This document shows, in pieces, positions 1 through 12,342 of a stretch of 64,000 nucleotides of DNA. This DNA is from Felis catus (taxonomy: Eukaryota): NCBI RefSeq assembly GCF_018350175.1, contig NC_058382.1, positions 59,150,001-59,214,000 of the forward strand. The letters are read 5' to 3'. The translations under genes were made by a program, and so were the position numbers. Under the pieces are notes generated by a model, which was not told where the DNA came from, ran no database searches, and was given only the letters and a program-made list of their open reading frames with translations. Positions within the stretch are counted from its first letter, which is position 1. Each line of letters starts with the position of its first letter.

Positions 1-3000
1 CACAGCCATGGCAGGTCGGGAAAACGCCATCACAAGAGTCCGGGGTCAGGCACTGTGAGAGGCTCATTCGTTTAAAGGAGGGGCTTAAACAGAATCTGAA
101 AGAAAGAAACGATCGCTTGTGGCCTGTAACAATAAAAGTCACACCGCCTCCTTGCCGCCCGTATCCGCTAAGGGCTCACTCCCAGCACGTGCCCCTCCTG
201 TGCCCAATTCTCCTTCCCCACACAGAGTAAGCGCCTCGCGAAGATGCTCCACACACGTGCTGAAATCCTGCCACGACCGATAAAGCAAAACACGGGAGAA
301 AAACCGTCTTCCTTTCAAAACCCACGGATTCTCAGTCCACCTAACTGGCTTCTTTACTGGTCTTGTTTTGGAGAAAGTCCTTTAACACCGCATCCTGCCG
401 ATTTGCTCAGGACGAAGTGTTTCAGGGCAGGAAGATGGGCGGGCGGGCGGGCGCTTCGCCTAGACTCTGCTGTGCAGCGTGCTAACCCCGCAGCTTAAAC
501 CAGCCACGCGAGCCACACAAGCCCCGTGGACGCAGCGCTGAACAGAAAGACTGAGGCTGGCTTGTTCATTACGAGTGGGGAGTTTTGCTCATTGAAGTGC
601 GGTGCGGCCAGAGGGAAACGGAGTCAAGGGCTGTTAATTGCCTCTGGTACTGCTAAGGGATTAGCCCTTGCCAGCGGCAGCTGCTTAAGACTAATTCCGC
701 CCAGAGAGGAGGTGCGGCCTGCCCCGCACACCGAGATCGCCCTGCGTTTCCCAGGATTTGCGGCAGGAGCGGAGCCCGCAGAACCCCTGCCTCGTTTTCG
801 TTAACTCAAGCCCTGCACGAACCGTCTCCCCCAACGAGAGGCGAGACTCCCTGGACCTGGCTTCAACCTCCAGAGCCACAGGGGAGGGGGTGGGGTCCTC
901 CCTGGGGAAGGCCGCTTTCCTCACCTTTTCCTCCGGGTGCGCAGAGATACCGTCCGGTCACCTCTCTACCTTCCACATGTGCCCTGTGTGTTGGCGACAC
1001 CTGTCAGGGGGGCCCCGTCTCACTAGTAGAGCCGGCCATGGCGCGGGAACGGGGGCCACCCCAGGGGGAAGTAACGGCGTTGGGGCAGAGGCCCTGAGGC
1101 TGCCTGGGCCCCCAGAGGTCTGGGGGGGGCTGCCCCCTGAGATGGGCCCCTGGTGGCTGAGCTGTGAACTGCAGCCAGCACTGGGGGGGGGGGGGGCCCA
1201 GGGGAGGGCGGAGGGCCCCCTCGGGGTGGGGGGGGAGAGGCCTTTCTCTCTCCTCCCGCCGGGTTTTTATGAATACAGGGTCTCTATTTGAATTTCCTCA
1301 TGTAAGCAAGTGAACAAGACAAAAATTCAAAACACCTGGTAGTTCGACACTTACTCATTAAGAGAAAAAATCCCGCTAATAAAGACGCGAGCAGAGAAGA
1401 TGAAGTCCAGGTGATCCGCAGCTGCCGGCTCCCGCGACAAACCCGCGTCCCTTTCTTCTCTTCGGGGCGGGGACGGGAGGCTCCCCCAGCTTAAAGTCGG
1501 TTAATGCAGATTTTCATCATTGTTATCCTAAGCGGAGTCACTGCTGGCCTTGTAATAACATTTGCCCGGCGTCCCGCGTTGGGGGCTGTGCATATGGCGA
1601 GCACATTGTCGGTCGGAACCAGGAGTCTGGGGCGTCATCGCCCGGACAAGGAGGGGATGCTCCGCGGGGCCTCACAGGGGGGACGGGACGGCCTCGCGGT
1701 CAGGGCTTCCTCCGCGAGCCTCCTAGACCGCGGGCCTCGGGACCGGGGACTGCCACCGCGTCTCAGGGAAGGGGTCTGCTTTCCCAGACAAAGCAGCTCC
1801 TCCTCCCTCGCGGGAATCCGAGTGTCGGCCTCCTCGGGTCCGCACGGCTCGGGCTGTGCCTACAAGGACGGCGGGAAGTGCACCCGGGGCGACAGGCTCC
1901 GTGGCGGCTTCTCCAAGCCTGTGGTTCTGCTCTCCCTGCTCCTCTCTGGAGAACAGGGTGAGAACTACTGCCTGAAGGCGCGAGGCGGGTGTAGACAGAG
2001 CAGGAGGAATGAGCGATGGAGCGTGGCTCCCTCCTGTCACCCCCCAGCCCCCTGAGGCCGGCACTGGCATGGCCCGCCTCACAGCCCAGAGAGTAGAGGC
2101 CGACAAAGACGGGGCAGTGGCAGAAAGAGAGCAGGTGCGCGTGAACCCGGGACCCTTCTGCTGTCCCCGACCAACAGCCCGCCAGCCAGGCGCTGAGCAC
2201 AGTGACGTGGCGGCCACACACGTGCCTGCGATGTCACTGTTCTCGTGAGAACCCGGGCTTCCGAGTCCCCAGCTCCACGGTGGACATGAGGGTGGGGACA
2301 GTGACAGACTCGCTTTGGGCCATGCTTGCTGAGCCGGGGTGGGGGCACGGAGCTGGATGCCAGCGGGGCTGGGGGACGGCAACCACGGGCCACAACGTGA
2401 AGCCACGCATCTCTGGCGGGTGAGGGCGTTCTATGCTCACAGATCGCCAGCCCGTGGTTCTTGGTTGGTGACCACATCTGGGGTCGGGACGCCCTCGGAG
2501 GGCTCAATGCAGTCTGCAAACGGGGAGAAAAGCCTGTGTACATCCAGGGACCCACTGACAGCCTCCCCCAGCCCCAGGGGACAAGGGAGGCGCGGCCAAG
2601 TGGCCGGGAACGCAGGGCTGGGGTTTAATCACCTGGTTCCCATCCCAGCTCATAACTCACGTGCCGGGCTCCCCGCCCGCCTCACAGTCGCTGCTGGCAC
2701 ATTGAGATGAGACGGCCCAGGCAAACCGCAGGACGCATGCCTAGCGATCGTCATTGTTGGTCTACCACTGTCACTGTTACCGGTGACACGCAAGCCATGG
2801 CATGCGGGCTCGCTCTCGTTGTGTGAGCTCTGCACGGGGCTCCGACCAGGAGGCTCCGTGGGTCCCGATGACCTGTGGCCGTCCTCTCAGGGCAAACGGA
2901 GGCAAACCCCACCTCGGGTCTCCCGCTCCCACATGCCCCTCCGCTGAACGGGAAGCCGGGCTGGCCGCCCACTCTTGTCGGCATTCAGGGCTTCTCCGCA

Positions 3001-3702
3001 CTTGCCCCGGTTAACCCGGCCAGCACTCGGTGTGCGGTAGGTTGTGGCTGTGAGCCGCCCTCAGCATGTCCCAGTGACGCAAGCCAGCTTGGGGTCACCA
3101 GGAGGCCAAGCTGTGTGAGCAAAATGCTCACCAGTTCCCCAGTTCGCTTCTTGCCTTGGGATCGTCTCCTTCGGAGGCAGGAGCCGCGGGGCAGCCGATG
3201 TGGCGGCTGGGAGACTGAGCAGAGCCTGGCTGGCGTGCGGTGGGCACGGCTCACAGATGCATCATCAGGGGATTACGGGGTCCCAGGGTTTAAACTGCAC
3301 CGTGTCGCGTTCTCTACCAGCTGCGGGTGGAAAGACGGGGGATGAAATGAGAAGTAGCTTGAATCCGGGCCACGAAAGGTCCCAGGAGGGGCTCCTTCCC
3401 GCTGCCGTTTCTGGATGCTGGGGGCGGACGCATACCACTGTCCTCATTCACCGGCTTTCCGTCCAGGAGAAGCTGGGAATCAATGGGAGACTGGAGGGTT
3501 TGAAACGTGTTGTTTCCCTGTTGGCAACCCTCCGAATAACTTGAGGCCAATTCACCCATCAGACGAGGAGCAAGCAGGCTTGTATCCGGCCTTTGGCGGG
3601 CCGCGTGCGGGGCCGGGTCCAGGGAGGGCTGGAGTGGGCTCCCTCCGGTTGCCTCTGTTTTATTCTGGATCGGGGATCAGTGGTCCCTGTGGGGCTGGCA
3701 TC

Positions 3703-3880
3703 TTAAAGGTGTGGATTCTGGAGCCAGGCTGCCTGGGTGTGGGGGCCGGCTCCGCACCTCCCTGCTGTGTGTCCTCAAGAAGTCAGCTGACCTCTCTGTA
3801 TCTCGGGTCCTTCGCATGTAAGGCGAGGCTTTCTGAAAGCCCCTTGCCCTGTGGTTACGAAGATAACAGGGGTGACGGGT
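3703..3880 (+). mobile_element. MIR SINE (ancient)
   Basis: ggattctggagccaggctgcctgggt...ctgtgtgtcctcaagaagtcagctgacctctctgtatctcgg matches the recalled MIR core. Confidence 0.75.
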
Positions 3881-5266
3881 GCCAGCCAGAGAAAGCAGAC
3901 CTTACGGGCATGCTCTGTGACGACGTCTTATCGCTACGCAGAGAGTCCCCACCGTGAGCAGTGCTGGAGGGCTGCCCTACTGTGATCCCAGTGTCCTTGT
4001 GGGACAGAAAGAGCCCCAAGTAGGAGGAGGCAAAACCAGGAAGAGGAATTCATGGGAAAATATCCTAGGTCTTTCTGTGTAACTGGGTGCATCTGATCTA
4101 ATCGGGCTGTTCCGCCTCCAGAGGCCCTGGTGGCCCTGACGCAGGAAATGCACTCTCCCTCCAGGCAAGCCCCCCGGGCCGCTCTCTGCCTGGGCTGGTA
4201 TCCCCTCCTGACCTCCGGCGTTCCCATTCCTCTGGGATGTTCCAGTCTGCCTCGTTTGGGGTCCCCTGAGACAAGGATGCTAGCACGAGGTGTCGATTTG
4301 GGACGTGACCCCAGGAGCACAGTAGGGTGGTGGGCAAGCAGGGAGGTGACCCAGAGAAAGGAAAGGGCCAGCTGGGGAGGGGACTGGGGTGTCCTATCAA
4401 GCGAGTTAGTCTGGGAAACGGCGTAGAGCACAGGCCTGAGAATTCTCCCACCCGAGGAGAACAAACTGAAGTTTTTACATGCCAGCTCTCATGGTCGTCG
4501 GCTGGGGCTGCTCCTGGGGCGTTAACTCCCCGCGCCTCTGGCCGGCCACGCGTGCAGGCAGGACAGACCTGGTGCCGGCAGCTGGAAGAGGCTGGAGCGA
4601 GGGCAGGGCCTAACGCATCCGCCGGGAGGCCATGCAAGAAAGACGTTCTGGAATCCTCCAGCCTACCTTGGCTTCTCCCTCTGCTTTTATTCCTTTTGTG
4701 TTTTACGGCCCGGCGTCTAAAGGGAAACATGCTGTTGCCCTGCGATTGTGTTTTCTACTTGCTGTCCCGGTGGGTCTCGTGGCCTGTGTCCACGCTGCAT
4801 TCTCTTAAAGACGGGAATGTGGTTTCCCAGATGCTCAGAAGATGGGACACAAAGTAGGGACACAGACATACTCATGTGTTTCTTCTGTCCCTTTGGGCCA
4901 CCGCAGAATATTGCAAAGTTCCCTCCTTCCTCTTCCTAGAGGAAAGTCTTCAGCCGACCAGCAGCCACGTCTACGGCACAATGATGGAACGTGGAGCCCG
5001 GAGCCCTCTGGTTGTGCGGAAATGCCCGTAAAGGATTGGAGCTGTTCTGAAATTAGTGTTGATGACCATACTGTGTACGTTTGGTTCCAACAGTGTTTTT
5101 GAGACTGAACCACAGAAATTCTGGGCTCCTGAGGGCTCCCATCAGCAACCAGTAAAGGCCATCGAATGAATTAATGGATGTGAGTCAGGACTAGAACATG
5201 CCTGGAGACCCCTCTGGTCTGGGGCTCTGCTGCCTACCTGCCCTCTGAAATTTCTAGGTAAGAGGT

Positions 5267-5389
5267 AACATGCCCAGTTGCCTTTGAATTTCAGGTTAAA
5301 AATGGATACCTTTTCTTTTTTTTGTATAATTATACCCCAAATACTACGTGGGACCCAGGGATACTCACTTTGCTAAAGGTGACAACCCA
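5267..5389. mobile_element. MER53-like hAT MITE, internally deleted
   Basis: atgcccagttgcctttgaatttcagg...gtataattataccccaaatactacgtgggac...ttgctaaaggtgacaaccc matches MER53 left arm, centre and terminus; most of the right arm is missing. Confidence 0.7.
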
Positions 5390-5515
5390 GCTGTAGGACC
5401 AGTGCCGGTCACAATTTAAATCGAGTAAACAAGCTACAAGACAATAAGGTAGTGGGGAGTGGGGAAAGTTGAAGATGGGTGAGCACAGGTCCTAAATACA
5501 TTTCAAAAAAAAAGA

Positions 5516-5740
5516 GGGACACCTGGGGGGCTCTGTGGGTTGAGCGTCTGACTTCAGCTCAGGTCGTGATCTCACGGTTTGTGGGTTCGAGCCCCGCGTC
5601 TGGCTCTGTGCTGACAGCTCGGAGCCTGGAGTCTGCTTCGGGTTCTGTGTGTGCCTCTCTCTGCCCCTCTCCTGCTCATGCTCTTATCTTTCTTTCTCTC
5701 TCTCTCAAAAATAAATAAACTTATAAAAAAAGAAATAAAT
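5516..5740 (+). mobile_element. Carnivore tRNA-derived SINE (SINEC_Fc-type)
   Basis: tRNA-like head with B box ggttcgagccc, gctgacagctcggagcctgga body, (CT)n tract, aataaa and A-rich tail. Confidence 0.95.
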
Positions 5741-7289
5741 CACTTTGTGTGCAAAACAAAACACATCTTCTAAAATGACACTTTTATGTTAAGAAGCTGA
5801 ACGCCGCAGGGGAGGCAGCGAGCCCAAGGGCCCCAGTAGGTTCAGGCCCAGATGGACCCAGAGCCCATGTTTCCTCACCCCCAGGCCAGCGTCCCTACCA
5901 CTGTGTTACCCTGGGAGGCTGGGTGCACGCCAGCGTGTGGCCTCAGACACCGACCCACCTTCGAAAGGGCAAAGGGCAGGGGGTGAACGGCCCCGCAGGG
6001 TCAAATGCAGATTCTCAGAGCACGTTTTCTTTCCCGAACAGCGAAGGCATTTGCAGGCGGACCTACAGAGGAGGCGGCCCCTGGTCTCTGTGGCTCCCGG
6101 CAGACGCTGTGCCTTTTCCCCTAACGCAAGCAGCTGGTACTGAGATCGTTTTCTCGTTTTTGCCATCTGAGGTTGCACCTGACAGAGGCACTGCAGTAGC
6201 GACAATTAGGTGACGAGACTCAACACCTTGGAAAAGCTCCGTCCCTGCCAGGGTCCCGGGTTTGTCATCGGAGAAGGAGAGGGCTGGGCAGGTCACCTGT
6301 GAGGCCCGCTGGTCTCTGACGAGGACGACCCGTGCCTCGGGAGGGTCCCCGTGCGTGGCCGTGGCCGGGGGTACATACTGACCGCATTCCCCTCCACCCT
6401 CCGCGATGGCCGGTGTGCACGCGAAGGTGCACGCGTCCTTCCAGCGGGCGGAGCAGGGGGAGGGGGGCGGCTGAGCTCAGCCCCGGCGGGAGGGCTCCCA
6501 GCCCAGCGACGAGCGGCCGTGCCCCCGGAGCGGGTGGCCAGCACCCACAGCACCCCCCAGAACCTGGCTGTCACCGTCGGCTCCCGCTCTGCACACGTGT
6601 CTGACGACCTGCCAGGCTGTTGGTGAGTGAGCTTGGGCCACAGAGCCTACTCTGAAAAGCTCTTTTGGTGACAGTTCAGTGCATACCCACATTCTCCCAG
6701 AGACTGAACAGTAACCAAGTCCTCTGAGCCGCGTGTCTGCGCGGGGCTTCGGCGCCTGTGGTGACTGGGGAGCAGAGTCCCCAGCTCTGAAGGCGATTCT
6801 CTGCTTTGTCGTGGGTGCGGGTGGGTTGGCCCAGCCCCTGCGGGACACAGATGCTCTCGCAGAAAGAGATACCAGGTTTGGTCGCTGCCAGCTGTCCCAC
6901 AGGGCCCCTGGGTGACCGGGTCACTTGATTCAGATGCCTGTCTCAGAAAGGGCCACCAAATGACCCACGTGTGGGAGGCCACAGACAAGGGCGGCCTCCA
7001 GCCTGGTCTTCCCTCCCGCGTCAGACCCGGGCCTTCTCTCCCGAGATGGGGGGTCTTTTCCCCACCCCTGCCCTTGGGAAGGGGTGCGGATATTCCCCTC
7101 CTGCCAACAAGGCACCCCAAATATGCCGTGCATGCGCCCGAGAGCCTCAGCCTCCACCTCCTGCCCTCCTGACCTCCTCAGCAGGGAGCCGGGACCCAGA
7201 GGGGCACGAATGCGGAAGGTTACGTGGAAAGCTGGAGAAGAGGTGAGGATTCCCGACTCCCAGGAAGGATGACATCCAAGCAGCCTGGA

Positions 7290-7372
7290 ACCTCAGAACA
7301 GTAAAGGCCCTTAGAGGTGATAAAGTCATCCCGGCCCATTTGAAAGATGGGGAAACGGGGCTGGGAGAGGGC
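7290..7372 (-). mobile_element. MIR fragment
   Basis: aaggcccttagaggtgataaagtc...cccatttgaaagatggggaaacggggctgggagagg resembles the reverse MIR core. Confidence 0.5.
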
Positions 7373-7399
7373 TGGACCTCCCAGGGAAGCAGTTCGGCT

Positions 7400-7610
7400 T
7401 GGTGATGGAGTCAGAAGCTCTGCAGGAGGACCCGGTTCCCTGTGAGACCTGGCAGAAAAGGAAAACACAGCCCTGCTGGAACAAACTGAGCCTGAAGCCC
7501 ACCCAGGATCCAGAAACACCTCTAGATTTTTCAGTTATGTGAGTCAATATATCCCCCTTCTTGTCTAAGCCACTTTGGATATCTGCTACCTGTACCCTAA
7601 CTAATTCACA
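7400..7610 (+). mobile_element. MaLR MLT1 (old subfamily) LTR 3' part
   Basis: cctctagatttttcagttatgtgagtcaatatatcccccttcttgtctaagccactttgg...ctaactaattcaca is a typical MLT1 3' end. Confidence 0.7.
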
Positions 7611-8886
7611 GAATTGCTATTCTAAGGCCACACAGCGCCAGAGCTCAGCATCCTCAGCCTTCTAGCTAAATGAGATGAATGTATGAAAAGCCTCACAGGC
7701 AGCATTTAACACATTCAGGCACTCCATAAAAATTAATAGTTTGCCTTCCTTCCTTCCTTCTTTACTGTATTCAAAGCAATTTCAACCGCACCATCAGAAA
7801 TTGGATTTCCAGACCGCTCACGGATAAACATAGTCATTAGTCTGGACTGTTTGGGGCTTTTTCAAGTAATTGCATGCCTTGGGAAATATTAATACAATGC
7901 CTTTATTTCTCCCTTGAGGCCGGCTACGCGACACACTAACCCACTTGGAATGCGGGAAGGCTCTTGAACGCTAGCTGTAGGCTTGAGTTGAGAACTGGGA
8001 GCTGGTTATGTTCAGCTCAGATTTTAAGACTTGCTTTTCCACGTTGCACGTGCAGCTGGGGACTCGCGGAGCAAAGGCGGGGAGTCCGGCCGCTTTTCTC
8101 TTAGGTGGGCAGGCAGCTCTCCCCCCCCCCCCAGCAGGGTGCTTCAGGGAGCCAGGCGTGTCCCCCCGCCCCCGCGGCTCTCACACGCGGCTACCCGAGC
8201 GCACTCCCTGCGTCGCGGGGGGCCCCGTGGAGCTCAGCACAGTCACGAACCAGGATGGGAAAGACAATCGAGTTTCTAGCCCAAGTACGGGTTTGGCTTC
8301 CGTCACAGACGCAGGTGACAAAGGGCAGTAGCATTAGTGGCACCCGTGGGACCTCCAGCCTGTAGAAATCAGGTATTTTCAGATCACATCCCAGGTGTTA
8401 ACGGGTATCTCGCAATCTTGTAGGTGCGCGCTTGAGCTTACGGTGGCTCCGACTGGAGCCGACCACTATTGAACGCGTGGGTAAGGAAAGGCATGAGTCA
8501 CCATATCACCGATGTTTACGTGCTCTTGGCCCTAACGTGCTGGTTGCTGTTTCTATTATCGGGGCCCCAAATGTCCATTTCCCCGACAGTGTCCCCAGGT
8601 GGACTATAAACTCCTTGGTGACAAGGACCCTGTGTGCTCCATCCGTGTTTCTAGCATCGCGCACAGGGTTGCGAATCCAGCGGGGAACCTACCACCCAGT
8701 GGCTCACGTGAATAAGGGTGATGTTCAGCACTTTTTCTGACGCTCCTCTCCTCGGAAAGGCAAAGACACAGGTCTGTCTCCCTTTCCCGAGACGCCGAGG
8801 CCTGCTCTTACACACGGACCACAGCCACACCTCCTCCCGCAAGCGGGGTTTGCCTGCTCGATCGTACTTTCTGAAAATCGATCCCA

Positions 8887-8976
8887 CGTATACACGCATG
8901 TGCGTGCACACACGCACACTCACGCACATACGTACACACACAGGCACGTGCACACAAACGTAGGCACACGCACACA
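8887..8976. repeat. Imperfect (CA)n low-complexity tract
   Basis: Alternating ca/cg/ta dinucleotides seen directly. Confidence 0.85.
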
Positions 8977-11039
8977 GAAATCAGCCAGAAGCCGCCTCCT
9001 TCCTGCTCCAACTCCCACCTTACCTCCGAGAATATTTATGATTTTTAATTAATGGGGACCACGACTAATTAGGCTCCTCACCCACGCCCCGAGGCCCTGA
9101 GGCGCGGTGACAGTTAGCGCTTCATATCTCTGAGCAGTGAGGCCTCACATGCCACACCAATGAGCTCACGGGGGACTGGGCGCCGTCCCTGCCGCCCGGG
9201 AGAGCGCTGTCTTTCAAAGCAGATTAAAAGAAAACAAGAACGTGGCCCATCCCCAGCTTGAGAAGCATGGAATTCTGCACTTCACCGAAGTAGGAATGTG
9301 GCCCATTAATTACTATTTGTCGTCAATTAATTGCTATGTGAAATACGGCCCCTGGCTGAGCATCCCCGCGTCACCCCCAGCAGCGAGAGGTGACTGTCGT
9401 GTGCTGATGAGCGGATTGCACCCTCCTGACACGAAGGGGTGCCTCAGAGCTGCCTCCGGAGAGGGGAGCAGGGGGGCCCACAGACAGTTTGGGGCATTTT
9501 TCGGGAAGGGGGAGAAAAGATCCAGGAGCGCATTTCCTGAACTCAGCGAGCACAAGGTTAAGTGAGGGGCATGGTTCATCCAGGGGACCAGGCCGGTTGA
9601 TTACATGCAGGTCTTGGGAGTCAGGCAGAGTTTGTTCTGGGACAGTAAGAGCCCTGATAATCTGGACACATGGATGCTAAGGGCTGGCATGATCAGGTGA
9701 GGTGACGGGACAGGAACCCTAGTCCCCGCAGTCGGTTAAGGGACAGCCACAGGCAAGATGTTTACTCACGATGTAGAGGAAGGAGTGGAGGGGGGGGGGG
9801 CAGGAGGCCAGGATTTCATTCTTGTGGTCAGTGCCCACGGGCCCACTCACCAGCCCAGGGCCTTGGGCAGTGACTTAGCAGGTCTGTGTCTCAGCTTCCT
9901 CCTCTGCAGAACCCAGATGTCAATGAGAGGTGCCTGGCTCCCCGGACACGCATTCACGCGCACATCTACAACAAGCCAGGGCTCGCACGGGGAACACGAG
10001 GACGCGCTGTTTGTATCAGGGGTGTGCTTGCCTTGCGCCGTAGGGGCCGGGGTGAACACTGGGGTTTAAAATCCACAGAAGCGCTTAGGCCGTGCAAACT
10101 CTGTGCCGGGCCTGTGCTAAGCGGGGTATGGACGTGACTACACCTAATCCTTCCCAGGTAGTGCCAGGTGCACATGTCCATTTCAAAAGGAAGGCAGCTA
10201 AGGTTAGTGAGTGACAGAGCCAGAATTCGAACTTGGGGCCCGCTGGTTGCAAACCCTGACACTGGGGCTGACTGTCCAACGGTGCAGGGACCTTAACTAT
10301 CAAGACAAGAGCGTCCTGGGGGAACTTTTGATGGAAGGACGGCGGACAGAGGGTGAAGTGTGGAAACCCGAGCACTAGACCTCGTCCAGACCCCAGAAGC
10401 TGCCCTGTGCCCCCTCCCAGCGGCTACCCCCACGGAGGAGGGAGACGGTTCTGGCCGTGGGCGAGCCGTCCGCACACGGCTCCGATAACACCCCCCACTC
10501 CCATCCAGCCTGCTCGATGCATTGGTCTGCAAGGCCCACCCGGCCTGAATGGCGGCTCAGACGCGGTCACACTGATCCTCAGACGCCAGCATCTCAGCAT
10601 CCCCACTGCCCCCCAAATTACTGAGGACTCCAAACAGCTTCCTTCACGTATTTTGTCTCGTTCTATGAGTATTTACCAAAATACCAAACAAAACAGAAAT
10701 CTAGAAACGCACTTGCTTGTTGGTTCACTTGAATGATAATACATTCACTCGTGTCACTACGACCGATATGTTAGGGAGTGGCTTTGTTTCGCCTTTCTAC
10801 AAATCTCTTTGTGTCTCACTTAACGGAGGAGAGCTGGCGGCTCGCATCTGCTCCTTCATTCTGTCTGTGTCAGTGTCATGTCATGTAACTTCTGGAATTC
10901 TCCTCCAGAAGATCATGTGACGAGAGGAAAAGCAAATAGCATCTTGGTGACATTACAGACATTGCTTTGATCTCTCAGATCCCCTGAAAGAGGCTCGGGG
11001 ACCCTGGCGGTCCCTGGACATCCCTCGGAGAGTGGCTGC

Positions 11040-12046
11040 TGGATACTGTTCCAGCCTTCCTCCAGGCTCATGTTGATGGGCCTGGGGGCTGTTCCTAGTT
11101 TTTGGCTATGATGAGTGCCTTTGCTATGGACATTTTTGTATATGACTTTGGGTACACACACAAATAGACACGCATGCACACACAGGCATACATACATGCA
11201 CACACGTGTGCTCACACATGTATACCCACAGGTGCTCACACACATATACACCTGCACACACATGCATGCACACACAGGAGCACACAGGCACACATGCACA
11301 CACATGCATGCACACAAATACACATGTGCACACATATGCATGCACAGCACACATATATATACACATATAGGCATGCAACGCACACACACATGCACACATG
11401 CCCATGCACACATATACACAGGCATGCATACAAAAGTATATACACACACATGCACACATATACACATGCACACACATGCACGCAATACATGCACACACAG
11501 CAAGCACACATATAGGCATTCAATGCACATGCACACATGCACACATGCCCATGCACACATATACACATGCGCGCACACATGCACACACAGGAGCACACAT
11601 GCACACACGTCTACACACAAATACACGTGTACACTTACTCATGCACAGCACACACACATATATACATATAGACAAGCAATGCGCACATGCCGTAGGCACA
11701 TATACACACTTATGTGCATGCACACCTATACACAGGCATGCACACACAGGCATACATCATATACACGCATGCACACACATACACACGCACATGCACACAT
11801 ATACATATGCACACACAGAACACACAACATGCACACACACATACACACACGTGTACACACACATACACATACACACAGCACGCACACATATAGACATGCA
11901 ATGCACACACATGAGTGCACACATGCCCGTGCACACTAGTACACACACACAGGTGTGTACACACACATGTACGTGCGTGCACACATGCTCACAGGCGGTT
12001 CTGTCGAGTACATACCCAGAAGTGGAATTAGGTGCACGCACGCACA

Positions 12047-12086
<40 letters not shown>

Positions 12087-12270
12087 GCAGTTTCGTCGGG
12101 TACGTACATAGAAGCGGAATTAGTGCACCACAGGGAAGCTGCGTATTTAGGTTTAATCGATCTGTTTTCCAAGCTGTTTTCCAGCAGGGCTGTTCCGAGT
12201 GGACCACAGCAGCGGCGGCAGCAGCAGCAGCAGCGAGTGAGGGTCTGGCTCCTCTTTCTCCCCTTCCATG
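11040..12270 (-). mobile_element. Old L1M fragment interrupted by an expanded CA-rich tract
   Basis: tgttgatgggcctgggggctgttcctagtttttggctatgatgagtgcctttgctatggacatttttgta before the tract and tacccagaagtggaatt...caagctgttttccagc after it are contiguous in the reverse L1 consensus. Confidence 0.7.
11153..12084. repeat. About 930-bp degenerate (CA)n/(CATG) low-complexity tract
   Basis: Seen directly; ends in a pure (CA)n run at about 12051-12084. Confidence 0.95.
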
Positions 12271-12342
12271 AAAGTGACGGACCCCATCTCGGCACAGAGA
12301 GTCGCCAGGAGGGGAAGAAAATCGAGGAACCCGGAACTTTTC

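Noticed and set aside
5267..5389. MER53-derived microRNA hairpin (miR-1302-like)
   Set aside because: Most of the right arm is deleted, so the long palindrome needed for the hairpin is missing
12207..12234. Poly-Gln/Ala coding repeat (CAG/CGG)
   Set aside because: Short triplet run inside an antisense L1 fragment with no exon context
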